This document shows positions 26,891 to 37,350 of a stretch of 64,000 nt of DNA, one piece after another. A program made the translations under genes and the position numbers. This DNA comes from Candidatus Multivoradales bacterium. Lineage in GTDB: Bacteria; Acidobacteriota; Thermoanaerobaculia; Multivoradales; JAHEKO01. The notes under the pieces were generated by a model that saw only the letters and a program-made list of their open reading frames with translations, did no database searches and was not told the origin of the DNA. The stretch spans positions 2,848,001-2,912,000 of the forward strand of contig CBDFIJ010000004.1 of the NCBI GenBank assembly GCA_965248055.1, read 5' to 3'. Position 1 is the stretch's first letter. Every line of letters begins with the position of its first letter.

Positions 26891-28135
26891 TTACGTGCCG
26901 CTTCGACGAGCTAGCTTGTTCGACAAGATGCTAATCAGACCGCCTAGCATGACGTATCCGAGGACGACCTCAAGGGTAATCCAAAACATTCCCGCGGTAT
27001 TGGTCGGTGTGACATCTCCGAATCCAAGTGTTGTAAACGTAACAATGCTGAAGTAATACGGAACGATGTGGGTAATCTGTTGCGCGCTTAGGTATTGCGA
27101 GTTTGTGATGTCCAACTGAGGGTCGACGCTTTCAAGGAAGGACCCAATCCAAGTGTCTCTAAGCATTGTCGGCAATGCGTAAGGAGCGTAGAGGATGCCG
27201 AAGAGAAAGGCGATTGCAAGCGACCAGGCGGCCCAGACCCCTATGTTTCGACCGTAGTCCGATGACCATCGCCATATTCCGCCCCAGATCGGGTGCGTCT
27301 TTGTGAACTCTCGGACGAATTGTTGGTCCGAGACATAACGCTTGAAAAATGGATTCGTCACCTCGTCAATGGCATTGCTGTCCAAATAGAATTGGATCGT
27401 TTTTCTCTCGTGATCGCTAGCGTTCTTGTACTTTGGTCTCGGTGCAGGTTTTTGCAAAGGGGCGAGGACCTTTAGAAGGGACATCCCCACAGCGCGTACC
27501 AACGAATCGTTCTCATATTGAATCTCAGCAAAATCGCCAGGGACAATGAATCTCGCCCCTCGGAGAACTACATCTCGACCGAAGAGCGCTTTTGCAAAGC
27601 TGATGCGTTGATGGAATGTGGTCTCCGTGAAGTCTGTCTTGCCGCGGAATTGTGCCTCACCAAAGTCTGTGAGTTCATGAAATATGGCCCAACCGTATGA
27701 TGCCTTAGCGCGAAACTCGTTAGAGGAAAACGCGGCTACACCATGGAACTCTGTCCCCACGAAATTCGCATCCCCCTCATAGACGATATTCGTAAACGCG
27801 ATCCACTGTTGGAACGACGCTTTTTGAAACGAGGTGTTTCCGAGGAACCTTGCTCGATCAAAGTAAGCTGTACGGCGAAACACAGCGCGGCTCAGGTTCA
27901 CGCTTCCCCGAAACACAGTGTCTTTAAATCGTAGTGTTGGCTCGATAGTCCAATAGAGGAGTCCGTTATCCGGTGTGTCTTCCAAAGAAGTCCTGGGCAA
28001 CCCAGAACCATCAATGTGAAGGTCGCCGATAACCTCGCAGTGGGAAAAATCAACGCTTTCTTCGGAGGTGGCTACGTTGATCGCGGCGAGCACCTCTTTG
28101 GCAGTAACTTTTCGACGTAGTTGGTCGTAGGTCAT
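26891..28135 (-). CDS. Pentapeptide-repeat protein fused to a C-terminal 2-TM ion-channel (Ion_trans_2-like) pore
   Basis: Repeats of type A.F..A.F, WSSDYG, pore signature YFSIVTFTTLGFGDVTP; more AT-rich than flanks. Confidence 0.88.
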   Translation of the reverse strand: MTYDQLRRKVTAKEVLAAINVATSEESVDFSHCEVIGDLHIDGSGLPRTSLEDTPDNGLLYWTIEPTLRFKDTVFRGSVNLSRAVFRRTAYFDRARFLGNTSFQKASFQQWIAFTNIVYEGDANFVGTEFHGVAAFSSNEFRAKASYGWAIFHELTDFGEAQFRGKTDFTETTFHQRISFAKALFGRDVVLRGARFIVPGDFAEIQYENDSLVRAVGMSLLKVLAPLQKPAPRPKYKNASDHERKTIQFYLDSNAIDEVTNPFFKRYVSDQQFVREFTKTHPIWGGIWRWSSDYGRNIGVWAAWSLAIAFLFGILYAPYALPTMLRDTWIGSFLESVDPQLDITNSQYLSAQQITHIVPYYFSIVTFTTLGFGDVTPTNTAGMFWITLEVVLGYVMLGGLISILSNKLARRSGT

Positions 28136-28422
28136 CCGAGAAAGGACAAAATCCGAATAGTGGAGTATCTAGATTGTAGATGAAACAGGTGCCTCTCACC
28201 ATAGGCCTATGAAGAGCCACCCTGTGGAGTAGCTATGCACAACTTGGTTCAACCATCGCGTTAGCTCTGGACCGCTGACCTTCGGAAATACACAAGTACT
28301 GGTCCTCCCGACAGGAAGAACTAGGAAGTCAGTATTTTGTCACCACATTCTTTGGTGGGTGGGCATGAAGTTTTTCGCCTCTACTTGCGGGAGAGTAGGG
28401 GAGCCCTTTCGTGGCTCTTATC

Positions 28423-29994
28423 CTAAACGTCAAACGTCACGCCTTGAGCCAGCGGCAAGTCTGTTCCCCAGTTGATGGTCGAGGTCTGGCGGCGCATGTA
28501 GATCTTCCAGGAGTCGGAGCCGGCTTCGCGACCGCCGCCGGTTTCTTTCTCACCGCCGAAGGCGCCGCCAATTTCAGCTCCTGAAGTCCCGATGTTGACG
28601 TTGGCGATGCCGCAGTCGCTGCCGGTGGTGGCGAGGAATCGTTCGGCCTCGCGCACGTTCAAGGTGAAGATCGCGGAAGACAAGCCCTGCGGCACGGCGT
28701 TGTGGCGGGCGATGACGTTGTCCAGCTCTTGATATTCAAAGATGTAGAGGATCGGGGCGAAGGTCTCATCACAGGTGATCGGCATTTCGGTGGTGGCTTC
28801 GAGCAGAGTTGGCTGGACGAAGAATCCGTCGCCAGCGATCGCCTCGCCACCGGTGAGAATACGCCCGCCTTGATCCACGGCGGTCTGTATCGCCGCCATC
28901 ATGTCGTCTACTGCGCCTTGATCTAGCAGCGGACCCATCAGAATGCCGTCGTCGAGCGGGTCGCCGATGCGGATCGATCCGTAGGCGTCGACCAAGCGTT
29001 GTTTCATTTCGGCAGCGATGGATTTATGCAGAAACAGTCTGCGGGTGGAGGTGCAGCGTTGGCCAGCGGTACCCACCGCGCCAAACAGCACCGCCATCAG
29101 GGTTAGGTCGAGGTCGGCGTTGGGAGTGACGATGATGCCGTTGTTGCCCCCGAGTTCCAGCAGTGAGCGCCCCAACCGTTTGGAGACTGCCTGACCGACC
29201 GCTCGGCCCATGGTCACCGACCCGGTCGCCGAAACCAAGGGAATGCGGTGATCTTCGGTCATCGGTACACCGACCGCGTGACGATCGCCGACCGCCAAGG
29301 TGAAGATCGGTGGTGCGTCGTGGTCTTCGAGCACTTTGGCGGCGATGCGGCTGATCGCCAGCGCACTCAACGGGGTCTTTTCCGACGGCTTCCACAGGTT
29401 GGCGTCGCCACAGACCGCCGCTACCATCGCGTTCCAAGCCCAAACCGCCATCGGAAAGTTGAAGGCGGTGATGATGCCGACCACGCCCAGCGGATGCCAT
29501 TGCTCGTACATCCGGTGCTGCGGACGCTCGGAGTGCATGGTTTTGCCATACAACTGGCGCGACATGCCCACTGCCAAGTCGGCCATGTCGATCATCTCTT
29601 GCACTTCACCGAGGCCCTCGGAGACCACCTTGCCGGCTTCCAGGGTGATCAGAGCGCCGAGGTCGTCTTTGTGGTCGCGCAAGGCGTCGGCCAAAGCGCG
29701 CACCACTTCGCCACGCCGCGGAGCCGGCCACTGGCGCCAGTCGAGGAAGGCTTGGTGCGCCACCTCGGCCACCTGCTGGTATTCCTCGACAGTGCAGGCC
29801 CGCACTGTGGCCAAGACCTCACCAGTGGTGGGATCGATGGAGGGGATTACCTCACCGCTGGTCTTGAGCCAAGATCCTGCCCAAGCCCCCGAGTTTTGCA
29901 CTCCTGAGCTTTCTGGCTCGATGCCTAAGCGCGCCAAAATACCTTCGACGCGCTGCTGTCGGGATGAATTGGAAGAATTTTCTGATGGGGCCAT
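28423..29994 (-). CDS. ALDH7-family aldehyde dehydrogenase (piperideine-6-carboxylate / aminoadipate semialdehyde dehydrogenase)
   Basis: LELGGNN, GTAGQRCT, ETFAPILY, GAEIGGAFGGEKETGGGREAGSDSWK, LPLAQG; next to lat. Confidence 0.93.
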   Translation of the reverse strand: MAPSENSSNSSRQQRVEGILARLGIEPESSGVQNSGAWAGSWLKTSGEVIPSIDPTTGEVLATVRACTVEEYQQVAEVAHQAFLDWRQWPAPRRGEVVRALADALRDHKDDLGALITLEAGKVVSEGLGEVQEMIDMADLAVGMSRQLYGKTMHSERPQHRMYEQWHPLGVVGIITAFNFPMAVWAWNAMVAAVCGDANLWKPSEKTPLSALAISRIAAKVLEDHDAPPIFTLAVGDRHAVGVPMTEDHRIPLVSATGSVTMGRAVGQAVSKRLGRSLLELGGNNGIIVTPNADLDLTLMAVLFGAVGTAGQRCTSTRRLFLHKSIAAEMKQRLVDAYGSIRIGDPLDDGILMGPLLDQGAVDDMMAAIQTAVDQGGRILTGGEAIAGDGFFVQPTLLEATTEMPITCDETFAPILYIFEYQELDNVIARHNAVPQGLSSAIFTLNVREAERFLATTGSDCGIANVNIGTSGAEIGGAFGGEKETGGGREAGSDSWKIYMRRQTSTINWGTDLPLAQGVTFDV

Positions 29995-30139
29995 TGCTGA
30001 GTCCTCTCGATCGGAGTGCGACCGACTGTTGCTGTCTTATCGTTTCGCCGCGACCACGGTCTGCGGCTTGCTAGCCCGAAATGGCGACTCCATTTGGCTG
30101 ACTTGTGGTCGCCAACCTGGGGCAGCCAAAGCTGGGCCG

Positions 30140-31477
30140 CTAACCTCGGACCGTCGCCACCGCCTGATCGACGCGTTTCAGGGCTTCCTGGGCTTCTGCC
30201 GCCGAAAGGTTGAGCGCTGGACGGAAGCGGATTGCCTGGGTTCCTGACGGCAGGGCCAAGACCCCAAGTTCGCGCATTGAGGTCAACACCGCACCCCGTG
30301 CATCGGGGCTGGGTAGATCAAAGGCGATGAACATGCCGCGACCGCGTGCGTTGCTCAACCAGCCATCGTGCTCCTCACCGATAGTCTGCAAGCCGTCGGT
30401 GATCAGGTCGCCTACCTGCTTGGCGTTTTCCAGCAGGTTGTCCTCTTCGATGATCTCTACAAATCGACGGCAGCGGACCATGTCGGCGATGTTGCCGCCC
30501 CAGGTGGAGTTGATACGACTGGAGACCTTAAACACGTTGTCTACGTCGTCGATGCGCGGCGAAACACAGATGCCGCAAACCTGGGTTTTCTTACCGAAGG
30601 CGAAAATGTCGGGCACTACGTTGAAGTGCTCAAAACACCACCAAGATCCGGTGGTTCCAAAACCGGTTTGCACCTCATCGAAGATGAGCAGAAATTCATA
30701 TTGGTCAGCCAACGCACGCAACTTGTGCAGGAACTCACCGCGGAAATGGGTGTCTCCGCCCTCTCCTTGGATCGGCTCCAAGATCAAGGCTGCAATGTCA
30801 TGGCCATGTTCGGCGACCGCCGCTTCAATGGCAGCCACCGCTTGATCTTCTTCTGCGATCACCCGGTTGAGCACGGAATCAGTGACTGGAAAGGACAGCC
30901 CTGGGGTGGGCACACGGGGCCAAGAAAACTGCGGAAAGTAGTCGGTCTTGGTTGGGTCGGTGTTGGTTAACGACATGGTGTAGCCGCTGCGCCCATGAAA
31001 CGCGTGGCGAAAATGGATCACTTGGCTACCGGCTTCGGAGCGGCCCGCCGCCATGTTCTTGCGTCGCTTCCAGTCAAAGGCAGTTTTTAGTGCGTTCTCA
31101 ATCGCCAGTGCTCCGCCCTCAATGAAGAACATGTGGTGTTGAAAAGATTCTGGAACGGTGCGCGAGAAGGCCTCAACAAAATCGGCCATCTGGGTGGTGT
31201 AGAGGTCGGAATTGGAAAGCTTGAATAGCGCCGCGGCGGTTAGCTCTTCAAGAAAATCAGGATCATCCATTTTGGCATGATTGAAACCGACCGCTGAAGT
31301 GGCGAAACATCCGAACAGGTCAATGTAGGTCTTGCCTTCACGAGAGTCATAGAGGCTGGAACCTTGAGACTGATTTAGGTCGACGACCAATTCAAATCCG
31401 TCCACCAACATGTGTCGGCGTAGTGCGCTGTGTACTTCTTGGGGAGCAATGTGTGGGCGAGCCGTGGCTACCGTCAT
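30140..31477 (-). CDS. lat: L-lysine 6-transaminase
   Basis: Start re-set to MTVATARP; GGALAIENALKTAFDWK, FHGRSGYTMSLTNT, DEVQTG, FGKKTQVCG, STWGGN. Confidence 0.93.
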   Translation of the reverse strand: MTVATARPHIAPQEVHSALRRHMLVDGFELVVDLNQSQGSSLYDSREGKTYIDLFGCFATSAVGFNHAKMDDPDFLEELTAAALFKLSNSDLYTTQMADFVEAFSRTVPESFQHHMFFIEGGALAIENALKTAFDWKRRKNMAAGRSEAGSQVIHFRHAFHGRSGYTMSLTNTDPTKTDYFPQFSWPRVPTPGLSFPVTDSVLNRVIAEEDQAVAAIEAAVAEHGHDIAALILEPIQGEGGDTHFRGEFLHKLRALADQYEFLLIFDEVQTGFGTTGSWWCFEHFNVVPDIFAFGKKTQVCGICVSPRIDDVDNVFKVSSRINSTWGGNIADMVRCRRFVEIIEEDNLLENAKQVGDLITDGLQTIGEEHDGWLSNARGRGMFIAFDLPSPDARGAVLTSMRELGVLALPSGTQAIRFRPALNLSAAEAQEALKRVDQAVATVRG

Positions 31478-31679
31478 GGGGCCTCCGAAATTCTGTTTGG
31501 GTACCTTGACAGAGTGTTGAGACACGCGAGTGTGAAGACTACTGCGTCCTGGGAACACTGCATCAAGGAATCGCGATGGCGTTCGTCGCCACCTTGCGGA
31601 TGGTAGCAGCGGACTAGAGCTAAGTTCAATGACAAAACCGGGGTCGCTGAATCGGGTTCGATCGCGATTGGCTGGAGAG

Positions 31680-32627
31680 TTATACGAACGGCGGTGCTGC
31701 CGCAGAATCGGTGGTCGGCACAGTGATCTCGGAGCTCTCGGGCTGTACTGAAGGAGAGCTCGATTCGCTGAAACTGGAGGTCGGCGGCAGCATCGAGGAT
31801 CGTACGCGGACCACATTTTCCGGCTGGCAACGAAAGGTTCCGGCAGACGACCAAACTTTGGCCGGGTTGGTTTGTGAAACCCAGACCTCACTGCCGCCGG
31901 GAAGATTCAAGGCGTCGGCTTGGCAGTCGGCCATCAGGACACCGGTGACCGGGGCGATGGTGCCCGCTGCAGCCTGCAGCCCAAGATGTCCGGCAGCCAG
32001 CAGTACTCCGGTGGCAACCAGCGCCCATCCTCGGGGCCGACCACCAATCCAACGCAGCAGGAGGAGCAGCGAGAGAAATCCACCCGCCACCCAGCCGGAG
32101 TGCTTCGCAACTTGAGATAACACCGCCATCGGTTGCCACGGATCGGGAGGCGCGACACCCAGGTCGGTTCTCAGCCGGACGAGATTTTCCATTGCCCAGG
32201 GGTCTTCCGAGGCCAGATCCAGAGCGCGTCGATACCAAAGGACCGCCTGCGGGTACTGTCCCAGTTCTTGTTCCACCCGCCCGAGGTTGTAGTAGAGGGT
32301 CGCGCTGGGGGATGCTTCGACTTGCCGCAGATACTCACTGCGAGCGCCCACCGCGTCTCCGGTTTCAAACAGTGCCCCGGCCGCTGCCAGTGCGTCAAGG
32401 TCTGCTCGCGCTCCGGGTTTTTGTTGCGGGAGGTCTTCAGCCGGACTGTCTTCCAACGCGGATTGGGCCTCCAACCCGGATTCTTGGGCGCCAACGGCAG
32501 AAACGAGAACTAGAGCAAGCGCGGCCCATCGCGTTGTTTGCCATTTTGAGAACGGAGCAATGCGAAACCAAGTCCGGACCTTGGATTTGGTGTCGCTCAT
32601 CAAAGGACTGATCGCGGCAGCATTCAT
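31680..32627 (-). CDS. TPR protein, BatE-like
   Basis: LYYNLG…A.LWYRRAL.L TPR, TM segments; last gene of Bat operon; ATGA overlap start. Confidence 0.75.
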   Translation of the reverse strand: MNAAAISPLMSDTKSKVRTWFRIAPFSKWQTTRWAALALVLVSAVGAQESGLEAQSALEDSPAEDLPQQKPGARADLDALAAAGALFETGDAVGARSEYLRQVEASPSATLYYNLGRVEQELGQYPQAVLWYRRALDLASEDPWAMENLVRLRTDLGVAPPDPWQPMAVLSQVAKHSGWVAGGFLSLLLLLRWIGGRPRGWALVATGVLLAAGHLGLQAAAGTIAPVTGVLMADCQADALNLPGGSEVWVSQTNPAKVWSSAGTFRCQPENVVRVRSSMLPPTSSFSESSSPSVQPESSEITVPTTDSAAAPPFV

Positions 32628-34480
32628 CTTCGCGGCAGTCGCTTGACCCACTCTAAGGCCGAGTTTTTGAGTTCGGTGGCGAGTCGATCAGTCTGTGAAA
32701 GTTGTGGTGCGAAGCGCAGATAGTACAGATCCTCGGTGAGCTTTTCGAGCCGGTCGAGAGCCGCCAGCGGTAGGCCTTTGCCTTGCAGATGCTCGACCCA
32801 GGACTCGGGAGCAGCATTCTCCGGTAGCCCCCATCGCTCGACCAAGTATCGGCGCACGGCTGCTTCGATTGCCGGTGCAGTGCGGCGGGACTCCGAACTG
32901 GAGACCGCCGAGAGCGCCTGTTGCAGGACTTGGCGCGGTCGCCGGGATTTCTCGCCGGCGACAACCGGCAACGCAGTTGTTCCAGGATTGTCGAGTGCCG
33001 AAGATTCACTTCCTCGTCGCAGATCGGAGAAGGCGGTCATGGCAACCCCGACTGCCGCCAACGCCAGCAACCACAGCCCCCAGCCACGGTCCCGCGAGCC
33101 TTCCAGTCCGGCGACCGCAGCCATCCGCACCGGATGCAGCAATGGGCTGCGATCCACCCGACGCTGGGGTTCAGCGGCCCGCACTGCGGGTACCGCCTCA
33201 AGCAAGTGGCTTTCAGTACTGGCGACGGCAAACGACTCGGTTTGGGGATCAAAGTAGGGGATGGTGATTTTGGGCAACTGGTAAGAGCCGGCGCGATCTG
33301 GCACCACCACCCAACGCCATTTGCGGGTGAACTGAACCCCATTGGGGTTGAACTTCTGGGAACTCTCTCCCTGCGGGGGATAGATCTCGACGCCCCCCGG
33401 CGCCTCGATCACCGGATCGGGAACCCGGCGTAGATTGCCGCGACCGCGGGCCACGACCTCAAGTTGAGCCGCCTGGCCAGCTTCGACGTTGGCCGGCTCA
33501 AGGGTCGATTTGAGGTTAATCGGGCCGACCGAAGCGTTCGGCGGGCCGCCGGCGGGCAGAGGACGCACGCTGAGCTTGGCGGCTGGCGAAGTGCGGCGTA
33601 CCGCTCGACGGTCGCGAAAAAAGCCACTCGAGTCGAGATCCACTTCAAACGCCATGGTGGCGGGATCAATTTCCAGTTCGCCGGGACGCAACGGATAGAG
33701 GACTCGCTCCAACAGCGCCACCCGCAGCCACTGACGGCCATCGATCGTCACCGTCTCGGCGCGTTTGGGTTTGGCATCGGCGCTCGGCTCTTCGTTCCAA
33801 AAGCCCTCAAAGTCGGGCAGATCCTCGGCGTTGACCGCGGTGACGTCGTTGCGGGTGAACAGATACAAGGTGTAGTGAACCTGCTCACCAACAAAAGGAT
33901 CGCCCGGGTTGGTCTCGGCCCGCAGGTGCAGTTCGGGTTCGGATTCACGCTGCGAGAACGGGTCTCTAGACCGGCGTTGGAAGAACTGTTCCATGGGGTC
34001 GGCTTGACGCTGGCGTGGCACTGCCTCAGGGACCGCTTTTTCTTGCACTGCGACCGATAGGTCTGTGCCAACGATGGTTTGGTCGCCGACCTGCACCCGA
34101 ATGTTAGTGACGCGTCCCTCGCCGACCGTGGTGGGGCGGAGCCGCCAACGCAGGGTAGTGGAATTCGAGATCGCTCCGTTGACGAACTGCATGCTCTGTT
34201 CTCGGAATGGTCCGGCTACGATCTCCAGATTGTCGAGCTCAAAGGTTGGTTGCACTCGCAACAACCGCATCGCTGCGACCATGACGCGGATTTCCAGAAT
34301 AGTTTCTTGACCCAAGCCGATCGGGTTGGGCAGCAGGCGGGTCGCGAGGGTCGGTTCTTGATCCTGTGCCTGAACCCAGGAAGGCCCGAAGACGATCAGG
34401 AGTATGGCGAGAATCCCCACTCCAGCGCGACCTCGGAGTGGCCGGTGGAGAAGTCCAAGCTGTGGTTGCATACGGGTCAT
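32624..34480 (-). CDS. batD: BatD family protein
   Basis: Ig-like repeats, FVGEQV.Y, PDFEGFW, GRGNL, YFDP motifs; operon position. Confidence 0.85.
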   Translation of the reverse strand: MTRMQPQLGLLHRPLRGRAGVGILAILLIVFGPSWVQAQDQEPTLATRLLPNPIGLGQETILEIRVMVAAMRLLRVQPTFELDNLEIVAGPFREQSMQFVNGAISNSTTLRWRLRPTTVGEGRVTNIRVQVGDQTIVGTDLSVAVQEKAVPEAVPRQRQADPMEQFFQRRSRDPFSQRESEPELHLRAETNPGDPFVGEQVHYTLYLFTRNDVTAVNAEDLPDFEGFWNEEPSADAKPKRAETVTIDGRQWLRVALLERVLYPLRPGELEIDPATMAFEVDLDSSGFFRDRRAVRRTSPAAKLSVRPLPAGGPPNASVGPINLKSTLEPANVEAGQAAQLEVVARGRGNLRRVPDPVIEAPGGVEIYPPQGESSQKFNPNGVQFTRKWRWVVVPDRAGSYQLPKITIPYFDPQTESFAVASTESHLLEAVPAVRAAEPQRRVDRSPLLHPVRMAAVAGLEGSRDRGWGLWLLALAAVGVAMTAFSDLRRGSESSALDNPGTTALPVVAGEKSRRPRQVLQQALSAVSSSESRRTAPAIEAAVRRYLVERWGLPENAAPESWVEHLQGKGLPLAALDRLEKLTEDLYYLRFAPQLSQTDRLATELKNSALEWVKRLPRR

Positions 34481-34484
34481 CCGA

Positions 34485-35357
34485 CTACCAGTCTCGGTTC
34501 CCTGGTGCCGCTTGCCGACGTTCGGGTTGTTCGGCAGCACGTGCTTCTTGTTCCATCGCTTCTACCGCTTCGAGTAGAGAAGCGGCTTCTTCTGCGGTCA
34601 TGTCCGGTTGGGGCTGAAACTTGGGCAGTGGCGATTCCTCCTGCCCCTGTTGTGGTTGAGGTTGTATTGACTCTTCCTGTTCCCCTTCTTGAGGGTCGGG
34701 GGAGGTCTCACCCTCATCTCCTTGCTGTTGTTCCTGTTGTTGGTCCTGTTCTGCGTTCTGTTCTGAGTCCTCGGAGTCTTGATCCTGCTGTTGCTGCTCC
34801 TGTTGTTGGGCTTGCAGCGCCAGTTCTAGATTGATCTTGGCCGAGACGCGGGAAGGGTCGCGGCGCAACGATTCTTCAAACCATTGCACTGCCTGATCGT
34901 GCTGTTTGGACTCAAAATACGCGTTGCCTAGGTTGTAGGCGGCGTCGCTTGACAGGGTTGGATCGCTGGTCGCTTCAGCGACCGGTCGTAGTGCGCTCTC
35001 GGCTGCAGTCGCGTCTCCGGTCAACAAGTGGGTGGTACCTTGGTTGAATGCTGCAACCGGGTTTCCCGGAGCCAAAGCCCTGGCCTCGGTAGCGGCGGTG
35101 ATCGCTTCTTCTGGGCGCTCTTGTTCCAGAGCGTCAATTGCCCGGTCGGTGCGTTCCCGTGGGTTGTACAGCCAACCCCGTTTGGTCTGCAGCGGATTCT
35201 GGACGGTTGGACTCGGTTGAGCGCCGGAGGGGGAGCTGATGAACTCCGATGGCTCATCGACCGGTGCGGTCGGATTCGCCTGCTGACCCCAACTGGCTGC
35301 GGCCAGCGTCGCTGCGATGACGACCCCTACGATCGCTAGTCGTTCGAGTAGCTTCAT
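34485..35357 (-). CDS. TPR protein with Q/E-rich tail, BatC-like
   Basis: AAYNLGNAY, AKINLELA, Gln-rich linker, M..EEA..LL.A and C-terminal RDW. Confidence 0.85.
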   Translation of the reverse strand: MKLLERLAIVGVVIAATLAAASWGQQANPTAPVDEPSEFISSPSGAQPSPTVQNPLQTKRGWLYNPRERTDRAIDALEQERPEEAITAATEARALAPGNPVAAFNQGTTHLLTGDATAAESALRPVAEATSDPTLSSDAAYNLGNAYFESKQHDQAVQWFEESLRRDPSRVSAKINLELALQAQQQEQQQQDQDSEDSEQNAEQDQQQEQQQGDEGETSPDPQEGEQEESIQPQPQQGQEESPLPKFQPQPDMTAEEAASLLEAVEAMEQEARAAEQPERRQAAPGNRDW

Positions 35358-36361
35358 GTCGCCTCCCGCACTGGCTGCAGGGGCTTGACCATCGAGGCCG
35401 CGGCAAGCGCCAAGATCGAGATCAACAGGGGAATCTGGAAACGTTCTTCTTGTTGGACGATGGTTTCTTGACCCAACGAACGCGCTTCCAAGCCGAGGAT
35501 CGAATCGACGATTGGGTCAAGCGATTCTCCAGCCCGGTCAACCGAGACAAACTGACCGCCGGTGATCTCCGACAGGGTTTCCAAGGAATCGGTTCCGAGT
35601 TTGGAGATCACCACCTGTCCTTGACCGTCTTGTTTGTAGGTTCCCCGCCCCGCCCCGGCCACCGGAATCGGTCCACCTTGAGCGGTGCCGACTGCCAATA
35701 CATGGACCGAAATACCGACCTCCGCCAAGCGTCGCTGAGCCGCGTTGAGATGATCCCCATGATCCTCTCCGTCAGTGATCAGCAGGATCCCGCGGTGGCG
35801 CTCTTCGCCCGGTAGAAACAGATCTGCAGCCCGCTCCAGAGCCAACCCCAGATCGGTTCCAGGGCGTTCGAGTGAGCCGACGCGCACCGAGTCCGCCGCC
35901 ATACGAACCGCGTCCAAGTCTGCGGTCATCGGAGTCAGCGCGCGTACCGTTCCTTCCATCTGCAACAAAGCGACGCGGTGTCCTTCAATGCGTTCCGTGA
36001 TCCGTCCCAAGAGGGTCTTGGCAACGGCGATCCGCGACGGGGTTACGTCGGCTACGTTCATCGAAGAAGAGGAGTCCAAAATCACCACCGTATCGACGCC
36101 GATTCGCTCCACGGTGTGTTCTGATTCGCCCCAGCGCGGACGAGCGATGGCGAGCACCGATGCGGCGACGGCGAGACCCAATAGAGCTAGTCGTAGCCAC
36201 AGACGCCGACTGGAGGCGTCAATCCCAAGGCGCGCCCATTGAGCTTTGCCCGCCCAGGCGGATAGCGCTTTCCTGAGTCGCTGCCACCACAGCCAGCCGA
36301 GGATCATCACCAGCGGAACCAGCAGCAGCAAAATCATGCGTTGAGGGGCGCCCCAAGTCAT
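35354..36361 (-). CDS. VWA domain protein, BatB-like
   Basis: ARPRWG, MIDAS DSSSSM, GTDLG.AL, ITDGEDH. Confidence 0.88.
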   Translation of the reverse strand: MTWGAPQRMILLLLVPLVMILGWLWWQRLRKALSAWAGKAQWARLGIDASSRRLWLRLALLGLAVAASVLAIARPRWGESEHTVERIGVDTVVILDSSSSMNVADVTPSRIAVAKTLLGRITERIEGHRVALLQMEGTVRALTPMTADLDAVRMAADSVRVGSLERPGTDLGLALERAADLFLPGEERHRGILLITDGEDHGDHLNAAQRRLAEVGISVHVLAVGTAQGGPIPVAGAGRGTYKQDGQGQVVISKLGTDSLETLSEITGGQFVSVDRAGESLDPIVDSILGLEARSLGQETIVQQEERFQIPLLISILALAAASMVKPLQPVREAT

Positions 36362-37350
36362 GGTTCGACGCTCCAGCCCAACAGCGCGAACAGCGAAGGC
36401 AGGCCCATCAACACCAGCGCGCCAGCGGCGAGCGGGGGGAAGGCCTCACGGTAACGAGACATCTTGCGACTGCGCACGGGAGTGGTCTCAAGCTGATCAA
36501 TCTCGGCGAACACCCTTTCCAAAGCGTGGGAGTCAGTGGCCTCAAAGTAATGACCTCCGGTGCCCTCGGCGATCTGACGCAGCAACTCTTCGTCGACCTC
36601 GACGTTAAGCATGGTATGCACCATTTCCTCGCGACCGGTGCGCGGATCGGTGCGCGGCATCGGTACCGGCACCTTACCCTCGCTGCCAACGCCGATGGTG
36701 TAAACGCGGATGCCTAGACCTTCACAGATCGCCGTCGCGGCGCCGGGATCGATAGCGCCGGCGTTGTTGCCGCCGTCTGTCACCAGGATGGCCACCTTGG
36801 ATTTGGCGTCGCTGTCTTTGAGTCGATTGGCCGCGGTCGCCAGAGCGACGCCGATCGCTGTCCCGTCCGGCAGTTTGAATAGCTCCAAACTCTCGACTAG
36901 CTCTTGGACCATTTTGCGATCGGTGGTCAGTGGTGCTTTGGTCACTGCCACTCCGGAGAACGCCACCAAGCCGATCCGATCGCTGGTGCGGTTAGCGACG
37001 AAGTCTTTGACCACTTGCTGGGCAACATGAAGCCGATTGCGCGGGCGAAAGTCCTCCGCCGCCATACTGCCTGAGACGTCAAGGACCACTTGAATGTCGA
37101 TTCCTTCACTGAGGCTTTCTTCCCACTCGGTGCCGTGCTGGGGGCGCGCTATGGCGGTGATCGCCAGCGCCAATGCCAGCATCCGGGCGATGAACGGCCA
37201 GTGGATGCGAGCCGATCCGCCGAAACTGTCGGGGATGTGGCTGTAGCGCAGCGCGGCTGGGCGCGCGCGGGTTAGGTTCCACCACCAGAGCACGGGGATT
37301 CCCAGCAGCAGTAACAGCCACAGCGGGTCTTCAAAGCGAAACAAGTTCAC
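36358..37350 (-). CDS. VWA domain protein, BatA-like
   Basis: GIDI..VLDVSGSM.AEDF.P.NRL, GTAIG, TDGGNNAG, VYTIGVG. Confidence 0.92.
   Translation of the reverse strand: MNLFRFEDPLWLLLLLGIPVLWWWNLTRARPAALRYSHIPDSFGGSARIHWPFIARMLALALAITAIARPQHGTEWEESLSEGIDIQVVLDVSGSMAAEDFRPRNRLHVAQQVVKDFVANRTSDRIGLVAFSGVAVTKAPLTTDRKMVQELVESLELFKLPDGTAIGVALATAANRLKDSDAKSKVAILVTDGGNNAGAIDPGAATAICEGLGIRVYTIGVGSEGKVPVPMPRTDPRTGREEMVHTMLNVEVDEELLRQIAEGTGGHYFEATDSHALERVFAEIDQLETTPVRSRKMSRYREAFPPLAAGALVLMGLPSLFALLGWSVEP

Noticed and set aside
26810-26896. Integron attC-like site after the channel gene (stop inside ACGTAAC; GTTGTGGGCTTGTGCTG arm)
   Set aside because: No matching complementary L/R boxes could be paired and there is no integrase; at most a degenerate remnant
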